In this document: positions 30,981 through 40,893 of the stretch, in pieces
Layout: every line of letters starts with the position of its first letter
Position numbering within the stretch: the stretch's first letter is position 1
Assembly: GCA_036477795.1 (NCBI GenBank)
Contig: JAZGDL010000332.1
Span: forward strand, 1-62,694
From: Phycisphaerae bacterium
Lineage (GTDB): Bacteria; Planctomycetota; Phycisphaerae; UBA1845
Direction: 5' to 3'
DNA: 62,694 nucleotides
Program-made: the position numbers and the translations under genes
Notes under the pieces: model-generated
Told to the model about the DNA's origin: nothing
The model's database searches: none
What the model saw: only the letters and a program-made list of their open reading frames with translations

Positions 30981-31724
30981 ATGAAAAGCATGAAGAGCCA
31001 TGCCGTAATCGGAGTCGTGGCCTTGTTCGCCGGGGCGCTGAGCGTCTCGTACGGCCAGCAGAACACGGAACCGGATAAGGATTTCGCCACCATCACAGGC
31101 AAGATCAGGGTCACAGGAGACGAGGTCCCCGGGCCCGAGAAGAAGCCCATCAACAAGGATCCGGAGGTCTGCGGCAAGGGACAAAGGGATATCCACTGGT
31201 ACAAGGTGGTCGACGGTCGCATCGACGAAGCCATCGTGTTCCTGAATGGAGACTTTGACGGGGCGAGCTGGACCGGCGCCGAAGCCTCTGCCAAGCTCGT
31301 CCAAGAGGGTTGCTTCTTTAAGCCCTACGTCGATATTTGGAAGAGGGGCGCGGAGGTCACCATCATCTCCAAGGACGCCGCCGCCCACAACATCCACACG
31401 TATGAGCGGATCGGTGAAGCCCGTCGCGAGCTCTTTAACTTCAACCAGCCCAATAAGGACGTGAGGAAGGTGGTGATCAAACCGCGGCGGAGCCAGTTCA
31501 TCGAACTGACCTGCGACAACCACGACTTCATGGCCGGCTGGCGGTTTGTGGCCAAGAACCCCTACTGCACGGTGGCGCGCGGCGGCACGTTCACACTCAA
31601 GGTTCCCCCGGGGAGCCATACCCTGAAGGTATGGCATCCCATGATGGGCGTTCTGGAGGAGGAGATCGAGGTCAAGGCGGGGCAGAAGATGACCGTGGAT
31701 TTCGAGTTCGAGTACGAAGAATAG
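30981..31724 (+). CDS. Exported cupredoxin-like protein, paralog 3
   Basis: QEGCFFKPY, AHNIH, CDNHDFM, NPYCTV; signal peptide. Confidence 0.85.
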   Translation: MKSMKSHAVIGVVALFAGALSVSYGQQNTEPDKDFATITGKIRVTGDEVPGPEKKPINKDPEVCGKGQRDIHWYKVVDGRIDEAIVFLNGDFDGASWTGAEASAKLVQEGCFFKPYVDIWKRGAEVTIISKDAAAHNIHTYERIGEARRELFNFNQPNKDVRKVVIKPRRSQFIELTCDNHDFMAGWRFVAKNPYCTVARGGTFTLKVPPGSHTLKVWHPMMGVLEEEIEVKAGQKMTVDFEFEYEE

Positions 31725-31796
31725 GATGATGAAGAAAGGCACGTAGGCACGAAGGCACGAAGTAGGATCATGAAGAAACGTACGAAAAGTAGGCGC

Positions 31797-34022
31797 ATGA
31801 AGGAACTCCTGTCCCCGCGCTGGCGCTTGGGGCTCGGAATTCTGCTACAGGTTGTTCTGGCCGGTGGTGTCGCTCCCCAGGCGCGGGGCGACGATGCGAA
31901 AATGGTGGAACTGGGGAGGATGCTCTTCTTCGAGAACCGCCTCTCGGGCGACGACGGATTCTCCTGCGCTAAGTGCCACGATCCCGAGAAGGCCTTCACC
32001 GACGGGCTGGCCCTTTCGAAAGGCTATCCGGGAACCATGTATTTCCGGAACACCAAGACCGTGATGAACGTCGGCGAGATGGAGTCCCTGTACTGGGACG
32101 GGAGACTCTCCGGCAAGGACCTCCCCACACTCGTGCGCGACCACATCGCGGAATCGCACTTCATGAACACCGACGGCCGGCTCCTCAGCGAGCGGCTCCG
32201 GCAGGTTCCCTATTACGAGAGGACGTTCCGAGAGGTGTTCCAGACGGAGCCGCGCTACGGCGGTATCCTCAAGGCGGTGGCAGCGTTCCTGCGCACGCTC
32301 AACTCCGAGAACGTGCCCTTTGATCGGTTCCTTGACGGGGACCGGAGCGCCATCTCCGAAACCGCGAAGAAGGGCTACGAGCTTTTTACCGGCAAGGCCG
32401 GCTGCGCAAACTGTCACAAAAGCCCACGGGTTGCAACCCGTGGGCGTTCGGAGTTGCTGACCGACGGCAAGTTCCACAACACCGGCGTCCCGATGAACGA
32501 TGAAATCTTCGCAGAGCCGATGCGACACATCGTCTTCAGGAGGTTTTTCAAGACCTTCGGTGTGGCGGGCTACGGCGATCTTGATGAGGACGTGGGACGG
32601 TACGCCGTGACCAAGAACGCCGCGGACCGTGGCGCTTTTCTCACCCCGAGTCTGAGAGAGGTAAGCCGGACGGCGCCCTACATGCACAACGGGATGCTCA
32701 AGACCCTCACCGACGTCGTGGACTTCTACAACCGCGGCGGCGGGAAAGCCCACGGATTGGAATCCGTGGGCTTGAAGGCGCTGGGACTCACGAAGCAGGA
32801 GAAGGAGGCCCTGGTCGAGTTCCTCAAGACGCTGAGCGGGGACAAACTGGTGGTGGAGGTTCCCAAGCGGCTCGAATACGAACTGCGCCCGCTTCCTACG
32901 TTCCATGCTCCGCCCATCGAAGACGAGGGCGGCGACATCGGGACGATCGTCGACTTCCGGTCGGTTCCTCCGATCGGGGCGCTGCCCGAGCCGCCCATCC
33001 CGCCGGACAATCCTGTAACCGAGGAGAAGGTCGAACTGGGAAAGTTACTCTTTTTCGACTCGCGTTTAGCTGGCGACGCATCCAACTCCTGCGCCTCCTG
33101 CCACGATCCGAAACTGGGCTGGGGCGATGGGATCGACCTGTCGCGCGGCTATCCGGGGACCAAGCACTGGCGAAACGGGAACACGGTGATCAACTCCGCC
33201 TACTTCAAGAAGCTCTTCTGGGCCGGCTCGGTGACCAGCTTGGAGAAGCAGGCCAACAGCGCCATCACCGGCAACGTGGCCGGCAACGGCGATCCCATGA
33301 TGATCGAGGAGCGCTTAGCGCAGATTCCGGAGTACGTGGAACGGTTCAAGAAGGTCTTCGGCACGGAGCGGCCGCTCTACGGGGACGTCCTGAAGGCCAT
33401 CTCCACGTTCGAGCGGAAGATGGTCATCTCCCGCAACACGCGTTTCGACCGCTACGCGCGGGGCGAGAGGACAGCCCTGAGCGCGTCGGCCAAGCGGGGT
33501 CTGGACCTCTTCCAGGGCAAGGCGCGGTGCATCCTGTGCCACAACGGTCCGAACTTCACCGACGAGGACTACCACAACCTTGGCGTTGGGGAGAACGAGG
33601 CCTTTGCCCAAGACGTTCAGAGGCAGATCACCCTCCGCTTCGAGTATTTCGCGAAGGGCGTACCGGAGCGTTACTACCACGAGGCCCGATGGGACCTGGG
33701 CCTGTTCTACCGGACAAAGCATCCTCGCGACATGTGCAAGTTCCGCACGCCTCACCTGCGCGAGCTGAAGTGGACGGTCCCGTTCATGCACAACGGGGTG
33801 TTCTACACGCTGGAGGAGGTGGTGGACTTCTACGACCGGGGAGGCGACGAGTCACCCGGCAAGAAGGACCCGCTGATAAAGCCTCTGAACCTGACCAAGA
33901 AGGAAAAGAAGGATCTCATCAAGTTCCTGGAAAGCCTCTCCAGCAAGAAGAAGCCGCTCCAAATCAGACCACCCGTTCTTCCGGAGTACGCGGTGATGAT
34001 ACCGAAAGGGCTAGACAAATGA
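31797..34022 (+). CDS. Fused tandem diheme cytochrome c peroxidase/MauG protein (IdrP1-P2-like)
   Basis: Two CcP units: LGRMLFF..CAKCH..CANCH..TAPYMHNG and LGKLLFFD..CASCH..CILCH..VPFMHNG; an alternative start lies at 31770. Confidence 0.9.
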   Translation: MKELLSPRWRLGLGILLQVVLAGGVAPQARGDDAKMVELGRMLFFENRLSGDDGFSCAKCHDPEKAFTDGLALSKGYPGTMYFRNTKTVMNVGEMESLYWDGRLSGKDLPTLVRDHIAESHFMNTDGRLLSERLRQVPYYERTFREVFQTEPRYGGILKAVAAFLRTLNSENVPFDRFLDGDRSAISETAKKGYELFTGKAGCANCHKSPRVATRGRSELLTDGKFHNTGVPMNDEIFAEPMRHIVFRRFFKTFGVAGYGDLDEDVGRYAVTKNAADRGAFLTPSLREVSRTAPYMHNGMLKTLTDVVDFYNRGGGKAHGLESVGLKALGLTKQEKEALVEFLKTLSGDKLVVEVPKRLEYELRPLPTFHAPPIEDEGGDIGTIVDFRSVPPIGALPEPPIPPDNPVTEEKVELGKLLFFDSRLAGDASNSCASCHDPKLGWGDGIDLSRGYPGTKHWRNGNTVINSAYFKKLFWAGSVTSLEKQANSAITGNVAGNGDPMMIEERLAQIPEYVERFKKVFGTERPLYGDVLKAISTFERKMVISRNTRFDRYARGERTALSASAKRGLDLFQGKARCILCHNGPNFTDEDYHNLGVGENEAFAQDVQRQITLRFEYFAKGVPERYYHEARWDLGLFYRTKHPRDMCKFRTPHLRELKWTVPFMHNGVFYTLEEVVDFYDRGGDESPGKKDPLIKPLNLTKKEKKDLIKFLESLSSKKKPLQIRPPVLPEYAVMIPKGLDK

Positions 34023-34600
34023 GCAAGACAAACGAATCCGAGCCCCAAGCGCCAGCGCGGGGAATGGAAACCCCGACCTGCACCTCTCGGCGTACCTTCC
34101 TGCTGGCCGGCGGGACGGTGGTGGCCGGGACGGCCCTGGCGACCGTGTTCCCGGGCATCACCTTTGCCGACGACCGGGACACGGTGTTCAAGGCGGCAAA
34201 GTACCCGAGGAAATGGGTGGCAGACGCGAACAAGCTCGTCGAGGGCAAGCCCGTGCGGTTCTTCTATCCCTACGAGGAGCCGCACTGTTCGAGCTCTATC
34301 GTGAAACTGGGAACGAAGGCGGGCGGCGGCGTTGGGGCTGGAAAGGACATTGTCGCGTTCAACACGATGTGCCCCCACATGGGCGGCACGCTCGATGGGC
34401 AATACTGTCACCAGGTGAAGGTTCAGGGCCCCTGTCCCATCCATCTTTCGACGTACGACCTGACGCGGCACGGAATGACCATCGCCGGTCACGCCACCGA
34501 ACCTCTTCCGCAGGTCGTCCTGGAGGAGAAAGGCGGACAGATCTACGCGGTCGGCATGCTTGGACTTATCTACGGCTACGCGAGTCACCTCGCGCGCTAA
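34019..34600 (+). CDS. idrB: Rieske [2Fe-2S] small subunit of the AioB/IdrB family, Tat signal
   Basis: SRRTFL twin-arginine motif; GGGVG..DIVAFNTMCPHMG and CPIHLSTYD..GHATEPLPQV. Confidence 0.85.
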   Translation: MSKTNESEPQAPARGMETPTCTSRRTFLLAGGTVVAGTALATVFPGITFADDRDTVFKAAKYPRKWVADANKLVEGKPVRFFYPYEEPHCSSSIVKLGTKAGGGVGAGKDIVAFNTMCPHMGGTLDGQYCHQVKVQGPCPIHLSTYDLTRHGMTIAGHATEPLPQVVLEEKGGQIYAVGMLGLIYGYASHLAR

Positions 34601-34619
34601 TAACAGCAAGGAGTTGGCA

Positions 34620-37268
34620 ATGTCCCAGGACTATAGGATAGATAGGGTTCCCATCCCACCCAAAGATGCAAAGGTGTTCCCGACCTGCTGCGACTACTGC
34701 ATCGTCGCCTGCGGGTACAACGCCTACGTGTGGCCGGTGGGCCGGGAAGGCGGAGAGAAGGCGTCCGAGAACGCCTTCAACGTGGACTATCCCTCACCCG
34801 CGCTGAGCGGCCGCTGGGCCAGCCCCAACCAGCACAACATCGTGATGCGCGAGGGCAAGAAGCACCACGTACTGGTCGTTCCCGACGGCGACGCAGTGGC
34901 GGTCAACCGCGGCGGAAACCACAGCATCCGCGGCGGCTGCATCGCCAGAAAGTGCTACACGCCCGACGGCCCCACGAAGGTCCGTCTTCACTATCCGATG
35001 ATGCGAATCAACGGAAAGCTCGAGCGGGTCTCGTGGGACACTGCCCTTTCCGTCATGGCGGGAATCTCCAAGCACGTGGTTGCCAAGTACGGCGAGATCG
35101 CCTGGGGGATGAAGACGTTCTCCTATCAGTTCTTTGAGAACACCTACGCGATCTCCAAGATCGCCTTCCTCTCGATGAACACGCCGGCGTATGCGCCCCA
35201 CGACAAGCCGGGGCCCGGCAACGACACCGCGGGCATCGACGACGCGGGGATCAAGACCTTCAGCGCCTCCTACGAGGACTGGTCGTTGGCCGACGTGATC
35301 TACTGCTCCGGAACCGACCCCTACGAGACCAAGACGGTCCTGTTCACCGAATGGTGGATGAAGGGCTCCCCCAACAAGCTCATCTTTGCTCTCCCGCGGA
35401 GGACGACCGGCGTCGCATTCGCGGAGAAAAACGGCGGGCTGTGGCTCGACGTCATTCCCGGGAGCGACACCATCCTGCATCTGGCGATTGCCCGAATCAT
35501 CCTTGAGAACGGCTGGGAGGACAAGGAGTTCATCGAGAAGCACATCGCGTCGAAGTGGGACATCTACTCCGGCTTCGGGCGCGGCACCCGTAACACGCCC
35601 TGGCAGTGGAGAACAACCTGGGGCAAGCTTGGTACCGACTTTGCCGGGTACAAGAAGTGGCTGCTGAGCTACAAGCCCGCGGAGTTGGACGAGGCGGTCA
35701 AAGTCACCGGCGTATCCGCTGAGAAGATCAAGAAGACGGCCGAGTTGCTGGCGAAGCCGATCGACGGGAAACGTCCGAAGGCATCGTTCGCCTTCGAAAA
35801 GGGCTGCTACTGGAGCAACAACTACCTGAACACGGCTTCACTCGCTTCCCTCGCGTTGATTTGCGGAGCGGGGAATCGGCCGGGGCAGGTAGTGTCGCGG
35901 CTGGGCGGCCACCAGAGAGGCTGGGCATCCAAGGCCGCCGGCTATCCGCGCATCAAGAGCCCCGAGAAGTTTCCGGGGCGGCGTAAGAAGGAGATCGATC
36001 TGGACCGTTGGGTTGAATCGGGCAACCTCCGATTCGCCTGGGTCATCGGGACGACCTGGGTGCAGGCGATGGCCGCCTCCCAGGAACTCGCCAAGGCCTT
36101 CATGCGCATGACGCGGGAGAACCCGCACCAGATCACCAGCGAGAACCCCGCGCTGGCGCTTGGGGCTCTGAAGAAGCGCGTCGACAGCGGCGGCATGGTC
36201 GTCGTCGACCAGGACATCTACCTGCGCGACCCGATCGGGAAGGAAATCGCGGATATTGTCTTTCCCGCCGCCACCTGGGGAGAAGAGGACTTCACCCGGG
36301 CGAACGGGGAGCGGCGACTGCGCATGTACTCCAAGTTCTACGATCCGCCCGGCGAGGCCAAGCCCGACTGGTGGATCATCGCGCAGTTCGCCAAGAAGAT
36401 GGGGTTCGAGGGCTACGACTGGAAGACGTCCAACGACGTCTTTGAGGAAGGCGCCCGATTCTCACGGGGTGGTCTGTTGGACTATTTTCCTCTGGTGTGG
36501 AAAGCGTGGAAAGACAAGGTTCCCGCCCACGAGGTGCTCCGGAAGATGGGGTCCACGGGCCTCCAGTGCCCCATCCGGTACGTTAAGGGGAAGCTGGTGG
36601 GGACCAAGCGACTGCATGACTCTACGGCCGACTTCGGAACGCCCGAAGGACCCACTGTCCACAAGAAATGGCTCTACAACTTCAATACCCAGTCGGGCAA
36701 CGCGATCCTACACAAGAGCCCCTGGGAGTTTTTCAGCGACTACTACGAGAGAATCACCCCGACGGGCGACGAACTGTGGGTTACCAACGGCCGGATCAAC
36801 GAGATCTGGCAGAGCGTCTTCGACGACGTTCACAAGGCGTACATCATGGATCGGTGGCCGTCCAACTGGGTGGAAATCCACCCGGACGACGCTCAGAAGC
36901 GCGGCATTGAAAGCGGGGACGAGGTGGTCGTCGAGAACGACGACGTCCTGGTGCAGACCGGCGGCTTCGTCGGGGTCGAAATGGACGACCTCTCCTACAC
37001 GGCTCTGGAAAAGGCCGGTCACATCCGGATCGGGAAAGGCGCGTTCCGGGGAATCGCCATGGTCAGTCCGGACGTCAAGAAGGGGGTCTTGTTCACCTAC
37101 TTCATGTGGCCGTCGGAGCCGGTCAACTCCGTCGTCCATCGCGTGGCCGATCCGATGACAAACCGGTACCGCTTCAAGCTCGGCAAGGGAAGAATCAGAA
37201 AGACCGGTGAGTCTCCCTACAAGAAGGACTTCAGCAAACTCACCTTTGCGCCCAGGACCGTTCTCTAG
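34620..37268 (+). CDS. idrA: Molybdopterin oxidoreductase large subunit, AioA/IdrA family (iodate reductase-like rather than canonical arsenite oxidase)
   Basis: CDYCIVACGY [3Fe-4S] motif plus HSIRGG; HDKP in place of AioA HNRPAYNSE; EKGCYWSNNY; GGHQRG; adjacent to Rieske and CcP genes. Confidence 0.82.
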   Translation: MSQDYRIDRVPIPPKDAKVFPTCCDYCIVACGYNAYVWPVGREGGEKASENAFNVDYPSPALSGRWASPNQHNIVMREGKKHHVLVVPDGDAVAVNRGGNHSIRGGCIARKCYTPDGPTKVRLHYPMMRINGKLERVSWDTALSVMAGISKHVVAKYGEIAWGMKTFSYQFFENTYAISKIAFLSMNTPAYAPHDKPGPGNDTAGIDDAGIKTFSASYEDWSLADVIYCSGTDPYETKTVLFTEWWMKGSPNKLIFALPRRTTGVAFAEKNGGLWLDVIPGSDTILHLAIARIILENGWEDKEFIEKHIASKWDIYSGFGRGTRNTPWQWRTTWGKLGTDFAGYKKWLLSYKPAELDEAVKVTGVSAEKIKKTAELLAKPIDGKRPKASFAFEKGCYWSNNYLNTASLASLALICGAGNRPGQVVSRLGGHQRGWASKAAGYPRIKSPEKFPGRRKKEIDLDRWVESGNLRFAWVIGTTWVQAMAASQELAKAFMRMTRENPHQITSENPALALGALKKRVDSGGMVVVDQDIYLRDPIGKEIADIVFPAATWGEEDFTRANGERRLRMYSKFYDPPGEAKPDWWIIAQFAKKMGFEGYDWKTSNDVFEEGARFSRGGLLDYFPLVWKAWKDKVPAHEVLRKMGSTGLQCPIRYVKGKLVGTKRLHDSTADFGTPEGPTVHKKWLYNFNTQSGNAILHKSPWEFFSDYYERITPTGDELWVTNGRINEIWQSVFDDVHKAYIMDRWPSNWVEIHPDDAQKRGIESGDEVVVENDDVLVQTGGFVGVEMDDLSYTALEKAGHIRIGKGAFRGIAMVSPDVKKGVLFTYFMWPSEPVNSVVHRVADPMTNRYRFKLGKGRIRKTGESPYKKDFSKLTFAPRTVL

Positions 37269-37388
37269 CGAATGGCGTCGCGATGTACATCGGGGCTGCG
37301 CGCCATGATCAGGCGCGACCTTCCGCTTGCGGGCTCTGTGCGGCTCCACCGTCCCGGAAAAGGCACTTGAGGAGACCACGCACGCGCC

Positions 37389-39548
37389 ATGCTTGACACG
37401 GCACTGTCTTCCGTCCCGACGTACATTGGGATCGCCCAAGCGGGCGTACCGTACAGGACCTTCTTCGGTCTGGATCCCCGTCTCACCGTCTGGATCATCG
37501 CCCAGCTTCACCTCATGTTCGCGGCATTCGTGCTCGCCGTTCCGATCTTCGCGTCCATCGTCGAGGTCGTCGGGGTGCGGGCCAAGGAGCCCGAGACGCG
37601 AGAGCGGTACGACAAGCTAGCCTACGAGTTCGTCAAGCTGCTTTCCGCGGCCTTCGCGACCACCGCCGCGCTCGGCGGGTTCCTGGCGTTCGTGCTCTTC
37701 TCGACCTACCCGAAATTCATGGCCCACCTGACCGACACCTTTCACCCGACGTTCTACATTTACGGCATGCTGTTCTTCGCGGAAAGCTTCACGCTCTACT
37801 CTTACTACTATTCATGGAACCGCCTCCAGGGCATCTCCAAGAACATCATCCTACGCCGCGCCGGGGGTGCGATCTTCTTGATCACCCTGGCGTATCTGCT
37901 GGGGGCGTGGATGGGGATCTTCCCCGTGATCCGGTTTAGCGGCGACCCGAAGGGGAGCGCGGGGTTCCTCCACTGGACGATCTTTGCGATCCTCGGTCTC
38001 TGCATCGTGGGCCTCGGGGTATTGTGCATCGGGTACGGACGGAAGGGATTCCACATCTACCTGGGGATCCTGCTCAACATCTTCGGCACGGTGATCATGT
38101 TGATCGCCAATTCCTGGGCGACTTACATGATGAGCCCGCCGGGCCTCGCGGAAGGCGCCGCAGGACCGCTTGAATCGCACTGGGACAAGACGGACTACAT
38201 CGGCCCGCTCTCGGACGCTTTCTTCAACCACCTGTGGATGCCCCTCAACGTCCACCGCTTCCTCGCCAACATCGCGTTCGGCGGCGCCATCTGCGGCGCC
38301 TATGCAGCCGTCAAGTTCCTCGGGGCCCGCTCGAAGGAAGATAGGGCCCACTACGACTGGATGGGATACGTCGGGAACTTCATCGCCATCATGTCGCTCA
38401 TCCCCCTCCCCTTCGCGGGCTACTACCTTGGCCGCGAGATCTACTCCTTTAACCCGACAATGGGACAGGACATGATGGGCGGGACGTTCTCCTGGACGTT
38501 CATCCTTCAGGCGGTCTTCGTGGGCACGCTCTTCATCGGAGGCAACTACTACATCTGGTCGGGAATGAGAAGGATCCCCGGCGGCGAACGTTATGAGAAG
38601 TTCGTACCGTGGATGTTGGGCGTCCTTTTCATCTGCTTCGGAGTCTGGCTCACACCGCACAACCTGCCGCTGGGAGGTCTGGAGAAAAAGTTCGGCCTCA
38701 TGCCGGCCAAGAACGCCGTGATCCAGTTGATGATCATCACGACGTTCCTGGGCTTCCTTCTCTACCGCAGGGCGAACAAGAAAAAGGAAACGGACTGGAA
38801 GGAGAACGGCATTACGGCCTACCTCGCCACCGGGATCTCGGTCGCGGTGGCCGTGCTCATCGTCCTCATGTACGCGTCCTCTGGCGACCTCTCCGCCGCG
38901 CACCCCGAGTACGGGAAGTTCGTCGTGAAAGAGATGCTCGTGGGGCCGGTAGAGATCAATCTGGATGGGAAGGTGACCTACGGTGCCACGCTGAGAGCGA
39001 CGCTCTACTTCGCCGCGTTCTTGTACGTCTTCGCGGCGGTCCTGGCATTCGTCAACCGCGGAAAGCTCGGGCAGGTCATTCTGCTGGGTGGGATCGGGTT
39101 CACGACAAGCCTCTGGCTCTTCCAGCACGGCTTCACCATCATGGAGAAGGCCAATCCGCTGGTCCGGCACGTCGCCGTCTGCCAAGTGCTGATGATCTTG
39201 GGGGCGTTTATCGTCTGCATGACTATCGATATCTTCTTGTTCAGAAAATCCGAGTCCCTGGGGAAGATCCAGTGGGGCAAGATGCACGGCCGGAGCCAGT
39301 TCGCGCTCATTCTTCTCTGCACCTTTTTTGTGATGAACATGGGACTGATGGGATTCATCCGCTCGGGTCTTAGGAAGGAGTGGCATGTCGTCTCGGTGCT
39401 GAAGGACACTTCCGAGTCCGCATCCACCCCGAGCAACCTGACGATGGCCGTCATGGTCACGGCCATCACGATCACGTTCCTGTCCACGGTTTCCTTCGTC
39501 TTCTGGATCGCTTCGCTGGCCGCGCCGAAGAAGGAGGCGGTGCTGTGA
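37389..39548 (+). CDS. Cytochrome bd subunit I-like membrane protein, copy 1
   Basis: QLHLMFAAFVL, HRFLANIAFGG, YDWMGYVGNF, WLTPH, MGFIRSG; many TM helices. Confidence 0.85.
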   Translation: MLDTALSSVPTYIGIAQAGVPYRTFFGLDPRLTVWIIAQLHLMFAAFVLAVPIFASIVEVVGVRAKEPETRERYDKLAYEFVKLLSAAFATTAALGGFLAFVLFSTYPKFMAHLTDTFHPTFYIYGMLFFAESFTLYSYYYSWNRLQGISKNIILRRAGGAIFLITLAYLLGAWMGIFPVIRFSGDPKGSAGFLHWTIFAILGLCIVGLGVLCIGYGRKGFHIYLGILLNIFGTVIMLIANSWATYMMSPPGLAEGAAGPLESHWDKTDYIGPLSDAFFNHLWMPLNVHRFLANIAFGGAICGAYAAVKFLGARSKEDRAHYDWMGYVGNFIAIMSLIPLPFAGYYLGREIYSFNPTMGQDMMGGTFSWTFILQAVFVGTLFIGGNYYIWSGMRRIPGGERYEKFVPWMLGVLFICFGVWLTPHNLPLGGLEKKFGLMPAKNAVIQLMIITTFLGFLLYRRANKKKETDWKENGITAYLATGISVAVAVLIVLMYASSGDLSAAHPEYGKFVVKEMLVGPVEINLDGKVTYGATLRATLYFAAFLYVFAAVLAFVNRGKLGQVILLGGIGFTTSLWLFQHGFTIMEKANPLVRHVAVCQVLMILGAFIVCMTIDIFLFRKSESLGKIQWGKMHGRSQFALILLCTFFVMNMGLMGFIRSGLRKEWHVVSVLKDTSESASTPSNLTMAVMVTAITITFLSTVSFVFWIASLAAPKKEAVL

Positions 39549-40850
39549 TTGCAGATTGCGGATGGCGGAATATCACTGGACCGAGAATCGCCGGGACCGC
39601 TGGACCGAGAATCCCTTCTCGGTCCGATGGCTTTCGTGACGAGAAGGGATTCTCGTCAGAGCCGCTCCTTCAAGAGGTGCCGAGAAGGGATTCTCGGCAC
39701 AGCCTATGATTGCCCAATAGTGATGCAACAGGGATCGATCTCAACTTCGCCAATCCGCAATCCGCAATCCGCAATCCGCAATTCGGCGGGGCGGGGCTTC
39801 CTCCAGGCCTACGCCTTCGTGCTCTTCCTCGGCGCGGTATTCATCTACCTCAGCTACGAGGTGACGGAGATTCAGGGGAAGGGGATGAAATCCGCTCCTG
39901 CGGGAGTGAACGCCGAGCGGGGGGAGATCATCTTCTGGGATCAGGTCAAAGGCGTCTGCCACCGATGCCACATGATCGGCGGCAGGGGCACCATGACGCG
40001 GTGCCCAAACCTCGGAGAGTCCGAGCTGGGGCCCCCCATCCTGGAGCGGGCCGCGCTCCGGGCGGCGGAAAGAACCAAGCAGACCGGGACAACCTACACG
40101 GCGGTGGACTACATCGTGGAGTCTCTGGCCACTCCGAGCGCCTACGTCGTCGAGAAGTTCCCGGACAAGCTGATGCCAGTAGTCTACACCGGGCAAACGG
40201 ATCTCTCGGCGGAGGAGGTGATGTCGGTGATTGCCTACCTGCAGAGCCTCACCGACGAGGTGGACATCGAGGAGATCACCAAGTCGATGAGCAGGTTCGG
40301 CCAGGCGATTTTCGACAAGGACAGACTGGGGCTGGAGGAGCCCGTCCGTGTGGTGAACTTCCCCAGCCCCGAGTGGGTCGTGCTTCCTGTGGACAAGCTG
40401 GAGAAATACCGGGAGCTAAGCCCCGCGGAGAGGGAGAAGTTCATCGACCAGGAGCTGACGGAGGAGGAGACGGAGGAACTCCAGGACGAGATCAGCGACT
40501 GGATCGAGGACGGTAGGGAAGCATTCGAGGTCATGAAGTGCTGGCAGTGCCACATGATCGCGGGAGAGGATTTCGGACCGCTGGAACAGGGCAAGATTGG
40601 TCCTGAGCTTACCGGGATGGGGGACATCCAGACGTACGAGTACATCCGGGAATCGATCCTCAACCCCAACGCGGTCATCGTGCCGCCCCTGGAGGATCAT
40701 ACTGACGAGGAGGGGAGGTCCAAGATGCCGGTCTACGAGGACTCCATGAAACTGAGGGAGCTCGACCGAATGATCTACTACCTTGCAAGCCTGCACACCA
40801 GTGTGTCTGTTAAGGCGGGTGCGGGCGCGACGGAGGAACCAACCGAGTAA
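39549..40850 (+). CDS. Membrane-anchored diheme cytochrome c (true start obscured by repeats)
   Basis: TM helix; CHRCH..RCPNL..YIVESLATPSAYVV; CWQCH..GPELT..ESILNPNA..KMP. Confidence 0.82.
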   Translation: MQIADGGISLDRESPGPLDRESLLGPMAFVTRRDSRQSRSFKRCREGILGTAYDCPIVMQQGSISTSPIRNPQSAIRNSAGRGFLQAYAFVLFLGAVFIYLSYEVTEIQGKGMKSAPAGVNAERGEIIFWDQVKGVCHRCHMIGGRGTMTRCPNLGESELGPPILERAALRAAERTKQTGTTYTAVDYIVESLATPSAYVVEKFPDKLMPVVYTGQTDLSAEEVMSVIAYLQSLTDEVDIEEITKSMSRFGQAIFDKDRLGLEEPVRVVNFPSPEWVVLPVDKLEKYRELSPAEREKFIDQELTEEETEELQDEISDWIEDGREAFEVMKCWQCHMIAGEDFGPLEQGKIGPELTGMGDIQTYEYIRESILNPNAVIVPPLEDHTDEEGRSKMPVYEDSMKLRELDRMIYYLASLHTSVSVKAGAGATEEPTE

Positions 40851-40893
40851 CCGTAGGGTCCGCCGTGCGGACCAGTTCGTCCGGAGTTAAACA

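Noticed and set aside
34620-37268. Calling this a canonical aioA or a nitrate/nitrite oxidoreductase
   Set aside because: It lacks HNRPAYNSE, is too short for NarG/NxrA, and has a Rieske partner rather than a multi-Fe-S beta subunit
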